From positions 13,328 to 77,327 of the forward strand of contig CAZQVF010000005.1 of the NCBI GenBank assembly GCA_964596735.1: a DNA stretch of 64,000 bases. Direction: 5' to 3'. This document shows positions 35,781 to 47,481 of this stretch, piece after piece. Position 1 is the first letter of the stretch. Every line of letters begins with the position of its first letter. The notes under the pieces were generated by a model. The model did no database searches, was not told the origin of the DNA, and saw only the letters and a program-made list of their open reading frames with translations. This stretch comes from an uncultured Gammaproteobacteria bacterium. Its GTDB lineage: Bacteria > Patescibacteriota > Patescibacteriia > UBA2591 > UBA6264. The position numbers were made by a program, and so were the translations under genes.

Positions 35781-35791
35781 ATAAAATTTAT

Positions 35792-36943
35792 TTAGATTAG
35801 ATTGAAAATTTCTCTAACAGTAATAAAAAGTAAAAGTAAAAGTAAGATATAAAATCCTATATTAATTAAAATTAACTCTGTCTTACTGTTGATTGGCTTT
35901 CTTCTTGCCCCCTCTATAATAGAAAAAACTATACGCGAACCATCTAATGCGGGAAAAGGAATAATTTGAAAAACACCAATAGCAACGGAAAGCAAACCAA
36001 TAAATTGTAAAAGATAAATAAAACCAACGCGAGCCATATCGCTAGCCATAGTTGTTATTCCTACTGGTCCAAGTAATTGGCCTATCATTTGTTGATGGAC
36101 CACTAAATTCTTTAAAATCAGCCATAAACCGTGAAAAAGTCTTCCGGTCAAGGAGACGGTTGTTTTAACGCCAAGAATAATAGACTGGTGCCAAGGATAT
36201 GCAACAATCACTGTTTGAGACAAAGCAATTCCAATAACCCCTCGTGGATCTTTCATGTCATCAAAAATTTGCTCACTCGGAACCACGTTAACGACCCGGC
36301 TAATTATCTCTTTTTGCCTCTCAACTTTTATTTCTAAAGACTGATTAAGCTTTGTTTCAATATAATCTTGAATTTCTTTTACCTGTTTAAATTCTTGGCT
36401 GTCCAAACTAAGAATAACATCTCCAATTTTTAGGCCAGCTTGATCAGCTGGTGAATTTGGCATAACCATGCCAATTTGAATTCCCACTGAACGAAGAATT
36501 TTTCCTCCACTGATTTGTTCAACGTCTTGAGGTAGGCCGACAAAATAGGCAAGAGCGAAGATAAAAAAAGCGAGAAAAATATTCATTAATATGCCACCGG
36601 CAGCCACTAAGGCTTTTTTCCACCAGACTTGAACAAAAAAACTATCTGGATCATCATTTGATTTTCCCCCTAATTCCCCTTTAAGTTTATTAAATCCGCC
36701 AAAAGGTATCCAATTTAAAGAATAAATTGTCTTGGTTTTTGTCTCTAATGGTTCGTCTTTACTCCAGAAAAATTTAAATCTAAATTTTTTCTCTGAAGAT
36801 CTAACAAGACCACAAACTCTCGGCGGATACCCAAATCCAAATTCTTCCACTCTAATTTTAAAAATCTTAGCCAAAATAAAATGACCTAATTCGTGGAAAA
36901 AAACTACAATACTTAAACCAACAATAGCTAAAAAAATAAACAT
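35792..36943 (-). CDS. rseP: site-2 protease RseP (M50 with PDZ domain)
   Basis: HELGHFILAK HExxH in the first TM helix, central PDZ (GLKIGDVILSLD), C-terminal LDGSR motif. Confidence 0.8.
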   Translation of the reverse strand: MFIFLAIVGLSIVVFFHELGHFILAKIFKIRVEEFGFGYPPRVCGLVRSSEKKFRFKFFWSKDEPLETKTKTIYSLNWIPFGGFNKLKGELGGKSNDDPDSFFVQVWWKKALVAAGGILMNIFLAFFIFALAYFVGLPQDVEQISGGKILRSVGIQIGMVMPNSPADQAGLKIGDVILSLDSQEFKQVKEIQDYIETKLNQSLEIKVERQKEIISRVVNVVPSEQIFDDMKDPRGVIGIALSQTVIVAYPWHQSIILGVKTTVSLTGRLFHGLWLILKNLVVHQQMIGQLLGPVGITTMASDMARVGFIYLLQFIGLLSVAIGVFQIIPFPALDGSRIVFSIIEGARRKPINSKTELILINIGFYILLLLLLFITVREIFNLI

Positions 36944-37005
36944 AACTTCTCTTCTGTCTTTAATGTTCGAGGTTCTCAGGTTTGCCTCGGCAATTACTTG
37001 ATAAT

Positions 37006-37557
37006 CTAAATGGTATTAATTTCTTTTTCTTTACGCTCACCAATTGATTTAATCTCTTCCTGATATTCGTTGGTCAATTTATCTAAATCTTCGAAAAATC
37101 GATATTTTTCATCTTCAGTAATCTCTTTTGCCCGTTCAGCTTTAATGATTTCTTCACGAACAGAATCACGAATATTTCGTAAAGATTTTCTTACATTCTC
37201 TAATCTACTATGTAAAATCTTTATCAGGTCTTTTCTTCTCTCCTCATTTAAAGGGGGTAAAGATAGACGAATCATCCCTTCAACCGAATTCACGGAAAAG
37301 CCTAAATCAGTTTTTAATAAAGCCTGCTCGATTTCCTTAATAATATTTTTATCCCAAGGTTGAACAACAATTGTTCTTGGTTCAGGAATGTTTAAAGTGG
37401 CTAACTGCTCTAAGGGTGTTTTTGTTCCGTAAACCTCTATTAAAAGATGGGTAACCAATTCTGGGTTAGCTCTATTTGTTCTTAAACTTTGAACGTCTTT
37501 TTTTAAGAAATCAATTGCCTTATTAAATTCTGGTTTATGAGATTCAATAATATCCAT
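37006..37557 (-). CDS. frr: ribosome recycling factor
   Basis: 183 aa; ...LRTNRANPELVTHLLIEVYGTKTPL...IRLSLPPLNEERRKDL RRF signature. Confidence 0.9.
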   Translation of the reverse strand: MDIIESHKPEFNKAIDFLKKDVQSLRTNRANPELVTHLLIEVYGTKTPLEQLATLNIPEPRTIVVQPWDKNIIKEIEQALLKTDLGFSVNSVEGMIRLSLPPLNEERRKDLIKILHSRLENVRKSLRNIRDSVREEIIKAERAKEITEDEKYRFFEDLDKLTNEYQEEIKSIGERKEKEINTI

Positions 37558-37575
37558 AATAAATATTAAACTTAT

Positions 37576-38625
37576 TTACTTAGAATTAATCATTCCTAAA
37601 TAAAGGATGTCTGAGTTAACTGGATTAACCAATATCTTGTTTGGAATCTTTTTACTGGGAATTGGCTTGGTTATCCAATTTTCTCCATTGTCAATTGATT
37701 TATACAAAGTCTTATTAGTTGCATAATAAATAATGTCTGCATTTTGAGAATCAACCGCCAAGGAATAAATTTCTACTTTATCTCCTGAGGTTACCAGTTT
37801 ATATTCTGTCCAATTTTGACCACCATCTTCAGTATGAAGCAAGCCAGCTTTACTAATACTAATTAAAGCATCGGGAAAATTAGGATTAAAGATTAATTGA
37901 CGAATCTTTTCTGCCCCTGAAAAAGAACGATAACGCTCTTCTAAGGATTTCCAATCAATTCCATGATTTTCTGAACGAAAAACCTCTTGATTTAATAAAG
38001 TAACATAAATTATCTGAGGGTTATACGGATTTATTAGAACTTGGCCAATTCTTTTCTCAAAATTCCTTAAAGGGGTCCAGCTCAGGCCTCCATCTTCGCT
38101 ACGAATAAGTCGACCATCTGAAAGTCCGGCCGTAACAATATTCGGAAACAAATGATTAACAGCTAAAGCACTTATTTCTACATCAGAAAAAGTATCTAAA
38201 TAAACACTTCCCCAGGTTCTATTAGCGTCCTTTGTTTTAAAAATTCTATTTTCTATGCCCACATAAACGATATGTTTAGCTTTTGGATCAACCGCCAATG
38301 AACTAATCTTTCCCTTGGGCAATCTTTTAACCTCTTGCCATGATTCAGCTCCGTCAAAACTAACAAAAAGGCCATTCTTTTTTGTTCCCAAATAAATAGT
38401 TTGAGAATCTTGAGGATCAAAAACAAAAACGTTTGTTTCAATATTGTTTAGATATTTTTGTTCCTGAGGCAAACTCAATAAAAATATTTTTTGCTGCCAA
38501 TTATTACCTCCATCCACTGATTTATAAACACCACCCCCTGTTGGTGTATTTTCCACCCTAATACAACCACTAGCTAATAAAAAAACCAGTAATAAGGATG
38601 ATAAAATTGTTGTCTTTTTTAACAT
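37576..38625 (-). CDS. lipoprotein with BNR/Asp-box repeats (beta-propeller, Ycf48-like)
   Basis: Lipobox LLASGC; repeated S-x-D-G-G-x-(N/S)-W motifs (SVDGGNNW, SFDGAESW, SEDGGLSW, TEDGGQNW, SIDNGENW). Confidence 0.5.
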   Translation of the reverse strand: MLKKTTILSSLLLVFLLASGCIRVENTPTGGGVYKSVDGGNNWQQKIFLLSLPQEQKYLNNIETNVFVFDPQDSQTIYLGTKKNGLFVSFDGAESWQEVKRLPKGKISSLAVDPKAKHIVYVGIENRIFKTKDANRTWGSVYLDTFSDVEISALAVNHLFPNIVTAGLSDGRLIRSEDGGLSWTPLRNFEKRIGQVLINPYNPQIIYVTLLNQEVFRSENHGIDWKSLEERYRSFSGAEKIRQLIFNPNFPDALISISKAGLLHTEDGGQNWTEYKLVTSGDKVEIYSLAVDSQNADIIYYATNKTLYKSIDNGENWITKPIPSKKIPNKILVNPVNSDILYLGMINSK

Positions 38626-38629
38626 AAGC

Positions 38630-39619
38630 CTATTGATTAATTATTAAATTTTCAATAGCCAATTTTTGGTTAACATTGGCTGCTAGCAAAAGCTGAGTTT
38701 TAAAAATTCGATTAATCAAATTTTGCAAATCTTTTTGGGTATATTTTTGAGCCAAATCTCTTAACTGAATGGAAATCGACCGATCAGCAGGACAAAGATT
38801 TAGTTTAACTAAAATCAAATCTCTAAGTAATCTTGCTAAATTATCTAAGGCTTGCTGTGGACTTCTTTTTGTATTAAGAATTAAATCAACTAATCGAAAT
38901 TTACTTTCTGAATCATTTTTACTTAAAAGAGATATAAAATCATTGATTAGGCTCCTTTCCTGTTCTATTTCTTTAAAATTTCGAGCAAACTGAATTGCTA
39001 AGCCTGGCCGACCAAGGGCTAAACTTAATATTTCTTTGGCTTTTTCTTCTTTTAAAGAAAATTCTTGCTTTAAAAAATTTGTTGTTTCTTCTTTTAAAGG
39101 AAAGGAAAATCTTAAAATCTGACATCTTGAACGAAGTGTTACTGGTAAATAAGTGAAGCTCCGTGAAATCAAAATAATAATTGACTTCTGTGGTGGCTCT
39201 TCTAATAGTTTTAAAAGGGCATTAGCAGCCGGAAGGGTAAGATTGTCTGTTTCTTCTATTATAACAACTTTATACGGGGCAGAAAAGGGGCTAGAATAAA
39301 GGAATTCTTTAATTTGTCGAGCTTGTTCAACACCAACTTTCCCCTGTGGGGTTAATTCGATAGAAGAAAATGAACTACCTAAATAAATAAAATCCGGATG
39401 AATCTTTTTTATAAGCTGTTGACAAGGAAGGCACGTCCCGCAAGGAAGAAAAGAGTTTTTCTTTTTATTTAAACAAAATAAATTAGAAATAAAAATTTCT
39501 GCTACTTTATTTTTACCAATATGTTTAGGCCCATAAAATAAATAAGAATGGGCTAACTGATTATTAATAGCACTTCTTTGTAAGAATTTAAGAATTTTTT
39601 GATGACCGACAACTTCCAT
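38630..39619 (-). CDS. holB: DNA polymerase III delta' subunit
   Basis: HSYLFYGPKHIGKNKVAEIF P-loop-like region and zinc module CGTCLPCQQ. Track start 39676 overlaps the upstream GT4 gene; internal Met (MEVVGHQKIL) at 39619 is preferred. Confidence 0.7.
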   Translation of the reverse strand: MEVVGHQKILKFLQRSAINNQLAHSYLFYGPKHIGKNKVAEIFISNLFCLNKKKNSFLPCGTCLPCQQLIKKIHPDFIYLGSSFSSIELTPQGKVGVEQARQIKEFLYSSPFSAPYKVVIIEETDNLTLPAANALLKLLEEPPQKSIIILISRSFTYLPVTLRSRCQILRFSFPLKEETTNFLKQEFSLKEEKAKEILSLALGRPGLAIQFARNFKEIEQERSLINDFISLLSKNDSESKFRLVDLILNTKRSPQQALDNLARLLRDLILVKLNLCPADRSISIQLRDLAQKYTQKDLQNLINRIFKTQLLLAANVNQKLAIENLIINQ

Positions 39620-39627
39620 TTTTTTAA

Positions 39628-40746
39628 TTAAACAGTTAATAAAACTTTTATTGTTTCTTGAGCACATTTTTCCCAAGAATATTTTTTAATATTTTCTAAT
39701 CCTTTTTTTCTTAATTGATATTTTAAACTTTGATCAGTTAAAAATTCTTTTAAAGTACTGGTGATTTCTTCAATTTTATTCGGATTAAAATATAAAGCTG
39801 CCTCATCACCTACTTCAGGAATTGATCCTGCATTGCTAATAATCACTGGAGTTCCACAGGCCATTGCTTCTAAAATAGGCAAACCAAAGCCTTCATAAAG
39901 TGAGGGGAAAATAAACGCCTCTGCTCCATGATAGAAATGAACTAATTCATCAGCCTGAATATAACCAATCTGATAAATTAATGGTTTAACTTTCTCAATT
40001 TCTGAGGCAATCTCTTGATAATCAAATCCTGGGTCACCTATTAAAACTAATCTTGGAAATGATGTCTTAACTTCTGAATTAAAGAGTCTAGAATATGCTT
40101 TTATTAGATTTGTAACATTTTTTTTCTTTTCTAACCGTCCGACAAAAAGAAAATAAGGCTTTTTTATTTTATATTTTTTTAAAAGTTGGTTTATTTTCTC
40201 CTGATTTTCATTTAAATTAAACATTTCCTTGTCATAACCCTCATAAATAACATTTATTTTTTCTTCCTTAGTATAATATAACTGTATTAACTCTTCTTTG
40301 GTAAAATCTGAAGGCACTATGATTTTATCTGCTTTTTTACTTGCCCACCAATGGACAAAATAAGCATAAATTCTTTGAAGAAATGAATAAACATTTTTAA
40401 ACCTCCTGAACCCTAAATCATGGATAGTTATCACTTTTTTAGGACGACAAAAAATTGGCAAGGCATGAGCAGGAACAAATAAAACATCTGGTGGATTAAA
40501 AAATATTTCCCAACACAATCTTATATGTGTCCAAATATATTTAAAGGGCCATGACAAAACTTTACTTTGCCAATTATTAGGCAAATGAGCCAAGTCGCCT
40601 TTTAACATATCTCTTGAATATAAGACAAATTTATCCCCTGGTTTAAGGGGAATTTTTTTTAACATCTGGATTAAATGATATGAATACCACTCTACTCCTG
40701 TTTTGTTTTTTTTATTTGCCCGCGAGGCATCAATGCCGATTAGCAT
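39628..40746 (-). CDS. glycosyltransferase family 4
   Basis: EGFGLPILEAMACGTPVIISN GT4 C-terminal motif. Confidence 0.75.
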   Translation of the reverse strand: MLIGIDASRANKKNKTGVEWYSYHLIQMLKKIPLKPGDKFVLYSRDMLKGDLAHLPNNWQSKVLSWPFKYIWTHIRLCWEIFFNPPDVLFVPAHALPIFCRPKKVITIHDLGFRRFKNVYSFLQRIYAYFVHWWASKKADKIIVPSDFTKEELIQLYYTKEEKINVIYEGYDKEMFNLNENQEKINQLLKKYKIKKPYFLFVGRLEKKKNVTNLIKAYSRLFNSEVKTSFPRLVLIGDPGFDYQEIASEIEKVKPLIYQIGYIQADELVHFYHGAEAFIFPSLYEGFGLPILEAMACGTPVIISNAGSIPEVGDEAALYFNPNKIEEITSTLKEFLTDQSLKYQLRKKGLENIKKYSWEKCAQETIKVLLTV

Positions 40747-41753
40747 TATCTCATTGCTAAAATACTTCTTTTATACGATTCTAAATTATCCAAAGCTGTC
40801 CCTGTGCCACGCGCTACAGAAAGTAAGGGCTCATCAGCCAAATAAGTAGGGACCCCAATAGCTTGAGTTAAAAGTTTATCCATATTTCTCAAAAGCGCAC
40901 TTCCTCCAGATAAAACCATGCCTTTTTCCATAACATCAGCCGAGAGCTCTGGAGGGGTTTCATAAAGAACAGATTTAACTGCTAAAATAATAGATTGGAG
41001 TTCATTTTGAATTGCCTCTGTAATATCATCTGAATTAATCGTAAGAACTCGAGGCAGTCCAAGGATCATATCTCGCCCCTTAATATCCAGTTTTAATTTT
41101 TTCTCCAATGGCAGGGCTGAACCAATCTTTATTTTAATTTCTTCTGCCGTCCTTTCCCCTACGGCCAAATTATATTTTTTTCGAATAAAAGTAGTAAGAG
41201 AAGAATCAAACTTATTTCCAGCCACCCGAACAGAAGTACAGGCAACAATTCCCCCTAAAGAAATAACTGCTGCTTCAGTAGTTCCCCCACCAATATCAAT
41301 AATCATATGACCCGAAGCTGATCCAATCGGGATATTTGCTCCAATCGCCGCCGCTATGGGTTCTTTGATGATATAGGCTGCTTTAGCTCCTGAACGCATG
41401 GTGGCATCAACCACGGCCCTTCTTTCTGAAGAAGTAATCCCTCCTGGAACGGCAACCATCACCTCTGGTCTAAAAATATTAAAACGACCGATTACTTTAC
41501 CAATAAAATATTTTAACATCGCCTCTGTGGTCTTATAATCAGCGATAACCCCATCTTTCAGGGGTTTTTTTGCAATAATAGTATCTGGAGTCCGCCCAAT
41601 CATTTCCTTGGCCTCGTCACCCACGGCTAAAACGCTTTTATCAATGGTAGAAATAGCGACCACTGAAGGCTCGTTGGTGACAATGCCTTTATCTGGTAAA
41701 TAAACCAAAATGTTGGTCGTTCCTAAGTCAATGCCGACTTTCTTAATAAACAT
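40746..41753 (-). CDS. MreB paralog (second actin-like rod-shape protein)
   Basis: VGIDLGTTNILVY...IIDIGGGTTE...VLSGGSALL. Distinct from the copy at 33217-34254. Confidence 0.85.
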   Translation of the reverse strand: MFIKKVGIDLGTTNILVYLPDKGIVTNEPSVVAISTIDKSVLAVGDEAKEMIGRTPDTIIAKKPLKDGVIADYKTTEAMLKYFIGKVIGRFNIFRPEVMVAVPGGITSSERRAVVDATMRSGAKAAYIIKEPIAAAIGANIPIGSASGHMIIDIGGGTTEAAVISLGGIVACTSVRVAGNKFDSSLTTFIRKKYNLAVGERTAEEIKIKIGSALPLEKKLKLDIKGRDMILGLPRVLTINSDDITEAIQNELQSIILAVKSVLYETPPELSADVMEKGMVLSGGSALLRNMDKLLTQAIGVPTYLADEPLLSVARGTGTALDNLESYKRSILAMR

Positions 41754-41820
41754 ATCATTACTTTATCTAAATATCAAAAAAAGTCAACCTTTCTTATTTT
41801 TGTGATAAAGCTATAAAAAA

Positions 41821-42864
41821 CTAACTTTCTATTACTTTTTTCTTATATTTCAAATAATATCTAACCAAAATAGCAACGATCGTCGCCGCTGGAACAGCTA
41901 AAACCATACCAATGGGTCCAGCTAATTTCCCCCCTACTAATAAGGCCAAGATAATAACCAGGGGGTCAAGGCCAACAGCCTTATGCATTACATAAGGAGA
42001 AATCAAAGTGTTTTCAATCTGCTGAATAACCATAAAAAGAATCAAAACAAATAAAGCCAGGGTTGGTGACTGGGTAAGAGCAATCAAAACTGCCGGAACG
42101 GCACCAATAAAAGGCCCAAGATAAGGAATTACTTCTGCTAAACCAGCAATCACTGCTAAGGTTAAAGAAAATTTAACGCCCAAAATCAGTAGACCCAAAT
42201 AAACCAAGACTCCAACAAATAAACAAATTAGTAACAGTCCTCTGGCCCATGCGCCAACGTCTTTTTGTACTGATTCACTAAAATCTGTTAAAAACTTCCT
42301 ATAATTGGCTGGTACCAAAGAATCTATAAAAGACCTCACGCCCCTTTTTCTGACCGAAATATAAAAGGATAAAACAAATACCATAAAAACAGACATAACC
42401 TGACCAGCTACCGTTCCTAAAACAGAAAAAATTGACTTAGCACTTAAAGACGATTTATTAAGCCAATTATTAAGCATGTCCAAAAACTGTTCTTGTGAAC
42501 CTGCCTGAATACCTGCTTGAACTTTATCTAAAATCGAGGTTAAAAATTCAGGAATTTCATCAATAAAAAGCCTGGTTTGTGATACAACAGCAGGAACAAT
42601 GGCCAGGCCCACTAAAATCAAAACTAATAATACACTCAAATAAACAAAAAGAGCCCCTGCCCAGCGAGGGATTTTCTTCTTTTCAAAATAATTAACCATT
42701 GGATTAATAATCGTCGCTAAAAGTACGGCAACCAAAATGATAAAAATCACATCGCGCAGCACGTATAAAAGCCAAAGGATGACAAAAATTAAAAGAATTT
42801 TGCCAATTGACCAAATATCAAACTTAATTAAAGTCACATTTTCTTTGTTATTTTTGTTTTCCAT
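41821..42864 (-). CDS. AI-2E family transporter (PerM/UPF0118)
   Basis: 8 predicted TM helices with the characteristic central loop; ~340 aa. Confidence 0.75.
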   Translation of the reverse strand: MENKNNKENVTLIKFDIWSIGKILLIFVILWLLYVLRDVIFIILVAVLLATIINPMVNYFEKKKIPRWAGALFVYLSVLLVLILVGLAIVPAVVSQTRLFIDEIPEFLTSILDKVQAGIQAGSQEQFLDMLNNWLNKSSLSAKSIFSVLGTVAGQVMSVFMVFVLSFYISVRKRGVRSFIDSLVPANYRKFLTDFSESVQKDVGAWARGLLLICLFVGVLVYLGLLILGVKFSLTLAVIAGLAEVIPYLGPFIGAVPAVLIALTQSPTLALFVLILFMVIQQIENTLISPYVMHKAVGLDPLVIILALLVGGKLAGPIGMVLAVPAATIVAILVRYYLKYKKKVIES

Positions 42865-42865
42865 A

Positions 42866-42919
42866 GTTTATAATTAAAATGTTTTTTAATTTCAAGGTTC
42901 TGGCGAAGCCAGGTTCTTA
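42866..42919 (-). promoter_or_regulatory. short copy of the conserved promoter-like element abutting the AI-2E transporter start
   Basis: Reverse complement reads AAGAACCTGGcttcgCCAGAACCTTGAAATTAAAAAACATTTTAATTATAAActATG. Confidence 0.45.
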
Positions 42920-42944
42920 TTTTTTAAATTTATAATTATCTATA

Positions 42945-44219
42945 TTATATCCTTTTCTCTAAAATCCGCAACAAAGATTGTTTATTCTTAAATGGCCCTA
43001 TTAAGGCTAATTTTAGACCTTGTTTACAAAAAATATCTTGAGCTACATTTTGAATCTGTTTTTGGGTAACCTTTTTTAATTTTTTCAGTCGCTGACTTGG
43101 AGAAACAATCTTACCAACAAAAAGAGATTGATAACCATGCCAAGTTGCTAAATTAGCTGAATCTTCTAAGGAAATTTTCATTATTCCTCCAATATAATCT
43201 TTAGCTCGCGCTAACTCTTCTTTTGTTACAATATCTTTCTTAACTTTATTTAATTCATCTAAAATAACTTTTACTGTTTCTAAAACCTTTTCTTTATCAA
43301 CCCCTGCTTGAATAACATAGTTACCAATATCTTGATATTTACCCAAACCCATTTTAATTGAATAAGCCAGCCCTCTTTTATCTCTAACCTGAGTAAAAAG
43401 GCGTGAACTCATATTTCCACCAAGAATTGTTGACAAAAGTGTGGCTGCTTCTAATTTGGGGTGATTATAAGAATAGGCAAAACCGCCCAAAGCAAGTTGT
43501 GTTTGTTTTAATTTTTTGAATCGAATTTTAATATCTGGCTTGGTTTTTTTTCTTACCAAAGGTGTATACTTAATTTTTTTTGCTCTTCCTTGATAAGAAG
43601 CAAAATATTTTTTAACCAGCTTAATAGTTTGGGTTTTTTCTATTCCTCCGGCCACTATCATCAACATCTGATTAGGTTGATAAAATAGTTCTTTATATTT
43701 AACTAAAGATCGTCTACTTAATTTTTGAACATCACTAAGGTGACCACTAATTAACTGTCCTAGGGCGTGTTTATTAAAAAGAGTACTTTCAAAAAATTCA
43801 TTAATATAAAATAAAGGATTTTCTTCATACATTTTAATTTCTTCTAAAATGACTGTCTTTTCATGATCAAATTCTTTCTGATCAAAAACAGAATTAAAAA
43901 GCATATCAGACAAAACGTCTAAACTTATACTTATCTTTTCTTTAGCTGATTTTACCCAATAACCAGTATGGTCTTTTCCTGTAAATGCATTGTAATATGC
44001 TCCTATTCCATCTAATTCCTTAGAAATTGCCAAACTATTTAATCTTTTTTTTGTTCCTTTAAACATCATATGTTCAATAAAATGCGAGCCACCATTTAAG
44101 TGAGCTGGTTCATATCTGGATCCAACTGGTAATAAAACTAAAACCGTCACTGTTTTTGCATCTTTAACAGGGACGGTAATTAATTTAAGACCGTTAGGAA
44201 AAATAGTTTGGGAGTACAT
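42945..44219 (-). CDS. M16 family zinc peptidase (insulinase/pitrilysin-like)
   Basis: HFIEHMMFKGT inverted zincin HxxEH motif near the N-terminus; ~420 aa. Confidence 0.8.
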   Translation of the reverse strand: MYSQTIFPNGLKLITVPVKDAKTVTVLVLLPVGSRYEPAHLNGGSHFIEHMMFKGTKKRLNSLAISKELDGIGAYYNAFTGKDHTGYWVKSAKEKISISLDVLSDMLFNSVFDQKEFDHEKTVILEEIKMYEENPLFYINEFFESTLFNKHALGQLISGHLSDVQKLSRRSLVKYKELFYQPNQMLMIVAGGIEKTQTIKLVKKYFASYQGRAKKIKYTPLVRKKTKPDIKIRFKKLKQTQLALGGFAYSYNHPKLEAATLLSTILGGNMSSRLFTQVRDKRGLAYSIKMGLGKYQDIGNYVIQAGVDKEKVLETVKVILDELNKVKKDIVTKEELARAKDYIGGIMKISLEDSANLATWHGYQSLFVGKIVSPSQRLKKLKKVTQKQIQNVAQDIFCKQGLKLALIGPFKNKQSLLRILEKRI

Positions 44220-44220
44220 T

Positions 44221-45591
44221 TTAAAATAATTTATCCTTTAAATAGTCTATTAATTCTTCAATACTTATTCTCTCTTGCTTCATTGTGTCTCTATCTCTAA
44301 TGGTCACCTTTTTGTCGTCTAAACTGTCAAAGTCAACGGTTACACAGTATAGGGTGCCAATTTCATCCTGACGACGATAACGTCGACCAATAGAACCGAC
44401 TTCGTCATATTGGACCATCCAATATTTTTTCAAGTCTTTATAAATACTCTGAGCCACTTTTTTTAAAGGTTCTTTTTTGCTTAAAGGTAAAATTGCTACC
44501 TTGATTGGAGCTAAATCTTTATGTAAGCGGAGAACAACTTCTTGTTCTTTGTTTGATCTAGTTGTTGTTGTTCGTCCTCCTTTAATTTCTTCATAAGCAT
44601 CAGTCAAAAAGGCTAATAATGGCCTGTCAACGCCAGCTGACGGTTCAATAACATAAGGAATATACTTTTTCCTATCTTGATCTTGATAAGACATATCTTG
44701 GCCAGAAAATTTTTGATGTTGTTTTAAGTCAAAATCACCCCTATTGGCCACTCCTTCTAATTCTGACCAACCAAAAGGAAATTTATACTCAACATCAGAA
44801 CAAGACTGAGCATAATGAGCTAATTCATCCTTTCCGTGTTCACGCAAACGCAAGTTTTTCTTTTTAATCCCTAAATCCAAATACCAATCAAATCTTTGTT
44901 TTAACCAATATTTATACCATTTTTTAGCTTGATTAGCCCTTACAAAAAATTCTACTTCCATTTGTTCAAACTCCCGGGTTCTGAAAATAAAATTACCTGG
45001 GGTTATTTCGTTGCGGAAAGATTTACCAATCTGGGCAATGCCAAAAGGTGTTTTCATCCGACTGGATTGCAAAATATTATTAAAATTAACAAATATTCCT
45101 TGAGCAGTTTCTGGACGAAGATAGATTATATTGGCCTCAGTTTCGGTGGGCCCCATAAAAGTTTTAAACATTAAATTAAATAGCTGTTCATTTGTAAACT
45201 CCCTTGAACCACATTCAGGACAAATTTTTTGGGGCTGTTTTGTCCATTTTACTCCCTTTTTATGTCGCTCTACAGAAACTCCCAAATCTTCTAACCTAAA
45301 TCTTTTATGGCAATTTTTGCATTCAACTAAAGGATCATGAAATCCCTTTAAGTGTCCAGAGGCCTCCCAAACCTTAGAATTCATTAAAATAGAAGAATCT
45401 AGGCCAACCACGTCGTCTCTTTCTTGAACAACCTTTTTCCACCAGGCTTTTTTAATATTATTCTTTAATTCCACACCTAAAGGCCCATAATCATAGCAAG
45501 AAGCTAATCCTCCATAAATTTCTGATGAAGGAAAAATAAACCCCCGGCGCTTAGCTAAAGATACTATTTTCTCCATTAATTCTTGACTCAT
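44221..45591 (-). CDS. glyQS: glycyl-tRNA synthetase (alpha2 dimeric type)
   Basis: MSQELMEKIVSLAKRRGFIFPSSEIYGG... N-terminus and class II motifs of the eukaryote/archaeal-like GlyRS. Confidence 0.9.
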   Translation of the reverse strand: MSQELMEKIVSLAKRRGFIFPSSEIYGGLASCYDYGPLGVELKNNIKKAWWKKVVQERDDVVGLDSSILMNSKVWEASGHLKGFHDPLVECKNCHKRFRLEDLGVSVERHKKGVKWTKQPQKICPECGSREFTNEQLFNLMFKTFMGPTETEANIIYLRPETAQGIFVNFNNILQSSRMKTPFGIAQIGKSFRNEITPGNFIFRTREFEQMEVEFFVRANQAKKWYKYWLKQRFDWYLDLGIKKKNLRLREHGKDELAHYAQSCSDVEYKFPFGWSELEGVANRGDFDLKQHQKFSGQDMSYQDQDRKKYIPYVIEPSAGVDRPLLAFLTDAYEEIKGGRTTTTRSNKEQEVVLRLHKDLAPIKVAILPLSKKEPLKKVAQSIYKDLKKYWMVQYDEVGSIGRRYRRQDEIGTLYCVTVDFDSLDDKKVTIRDRDTMKQERISIEELIDYLKDKLF

Positions 45592-45628
45592 ATAAATATG
45601 ATAACAGATTTGTTAGAAAAATAAAGAT

Positions 45629-46720
<1,092 letters not shown>

Positions 46721-46737
46721 TTATTTATAAGCAAAGC

Positions 46738-46765
46738 TTGAAATTAAAAAACATTTTAACTATAA
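46738..46765 (+). repeat. degenerate partial copy of the conserved intergenic element at the tgt/recO junction
   Basis: TTGAAATTAAAAAACATTTTAActATAAA matches the short version of the element but lacks the AAGAACCTG..CAGAACC half. Confidence 0.3.
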
Positions 46766-47479
46766 ATGCCAGCTGAAAAACAGCTTAATCACTTTCTCGG
46801 CTATTTGTAAATCCTTTTGGACAAATTTTTGTTGAATTAAAGAAGCAAAATCTTGGTAAAGCAATTTTCGTAAAACCATTAAAGCTTTTATATTAATTCT
46901 GACTTGTTGATTGTTAGCGTTGTCATCTAAATTATGTTTTAAGCAAACAATTCCCCCTTTTTCTAAATTAAAAACAATCTCTTCTTCTTGGGGTGTTTGA
47001 TAACAAATTAGACAGGTTTTTATCTCTGGACAATATCCTGAGAAAGCGAGGAATTTGATTAAAAAAGCATGATTAATAATCCTAATTTTATTTAAAGGAA
47101 TTTGATTAATTATTTTTAAAAATTTTAATATCAGAAGGAAAATTTTTTTATCAGACTGGGGTTTAATTAATTGATTAATTCGTTTTAGTAAAGTATTGGT
47201 TTGAATAATCTTTTGTTCTTCTGTAATAATATTCTTAAAACGTTCCTTAACCTCACCGCCAATTAAATGAGTATGACTTTTCCCTGGAGCAACAACTAAA
47301 TCTAATAAAGCAAAAGGCTCCGAAATAAGTGGAGCCAGCTTAGAATTGATTTTACGAGCCCCGCGAACAAAGACTTCTAATTTGCCAGATTCTTGACTAT
47401 AAAAAGATATAACTTGATCATTCTCCCGCCAATTCTCTCTGGCCAAAATTATTCCCAGTAAATGTTGGGTTCTAGACAT
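46760..47479 (-). CDS. recO: DNA repair protein RecO
   Basis: N-terminal OB fold (GIILARENWRENDQVISFYSQESGKLEVFVRGARK) and C-terminal Cys4 zinc motif (CLIC...CLKH). Confidence 0.75.
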   Translation of the reverse strand: MSRTQHLLGIILARENWRENDQVISFYSQESGKLEVFVRGARKINSKLAPLISEPFALLDLVVAPGKSHTHLIGGEVKERFKNIITEEQKIIQTNTLLKRINQLIKPQSDKKIFLLILKFLKIINQIPLNKIRIINHAFLIKFLAFSGYCPEIKTCLICYQTPQEEEIVFNLEKGGIVCLKHNLDDNANNQQVRINIKALMVLRKLLYQDFASLIQQKFVQKDLQIAEKVIKLFFSWHL

Positions 47480-47481
47480 AA

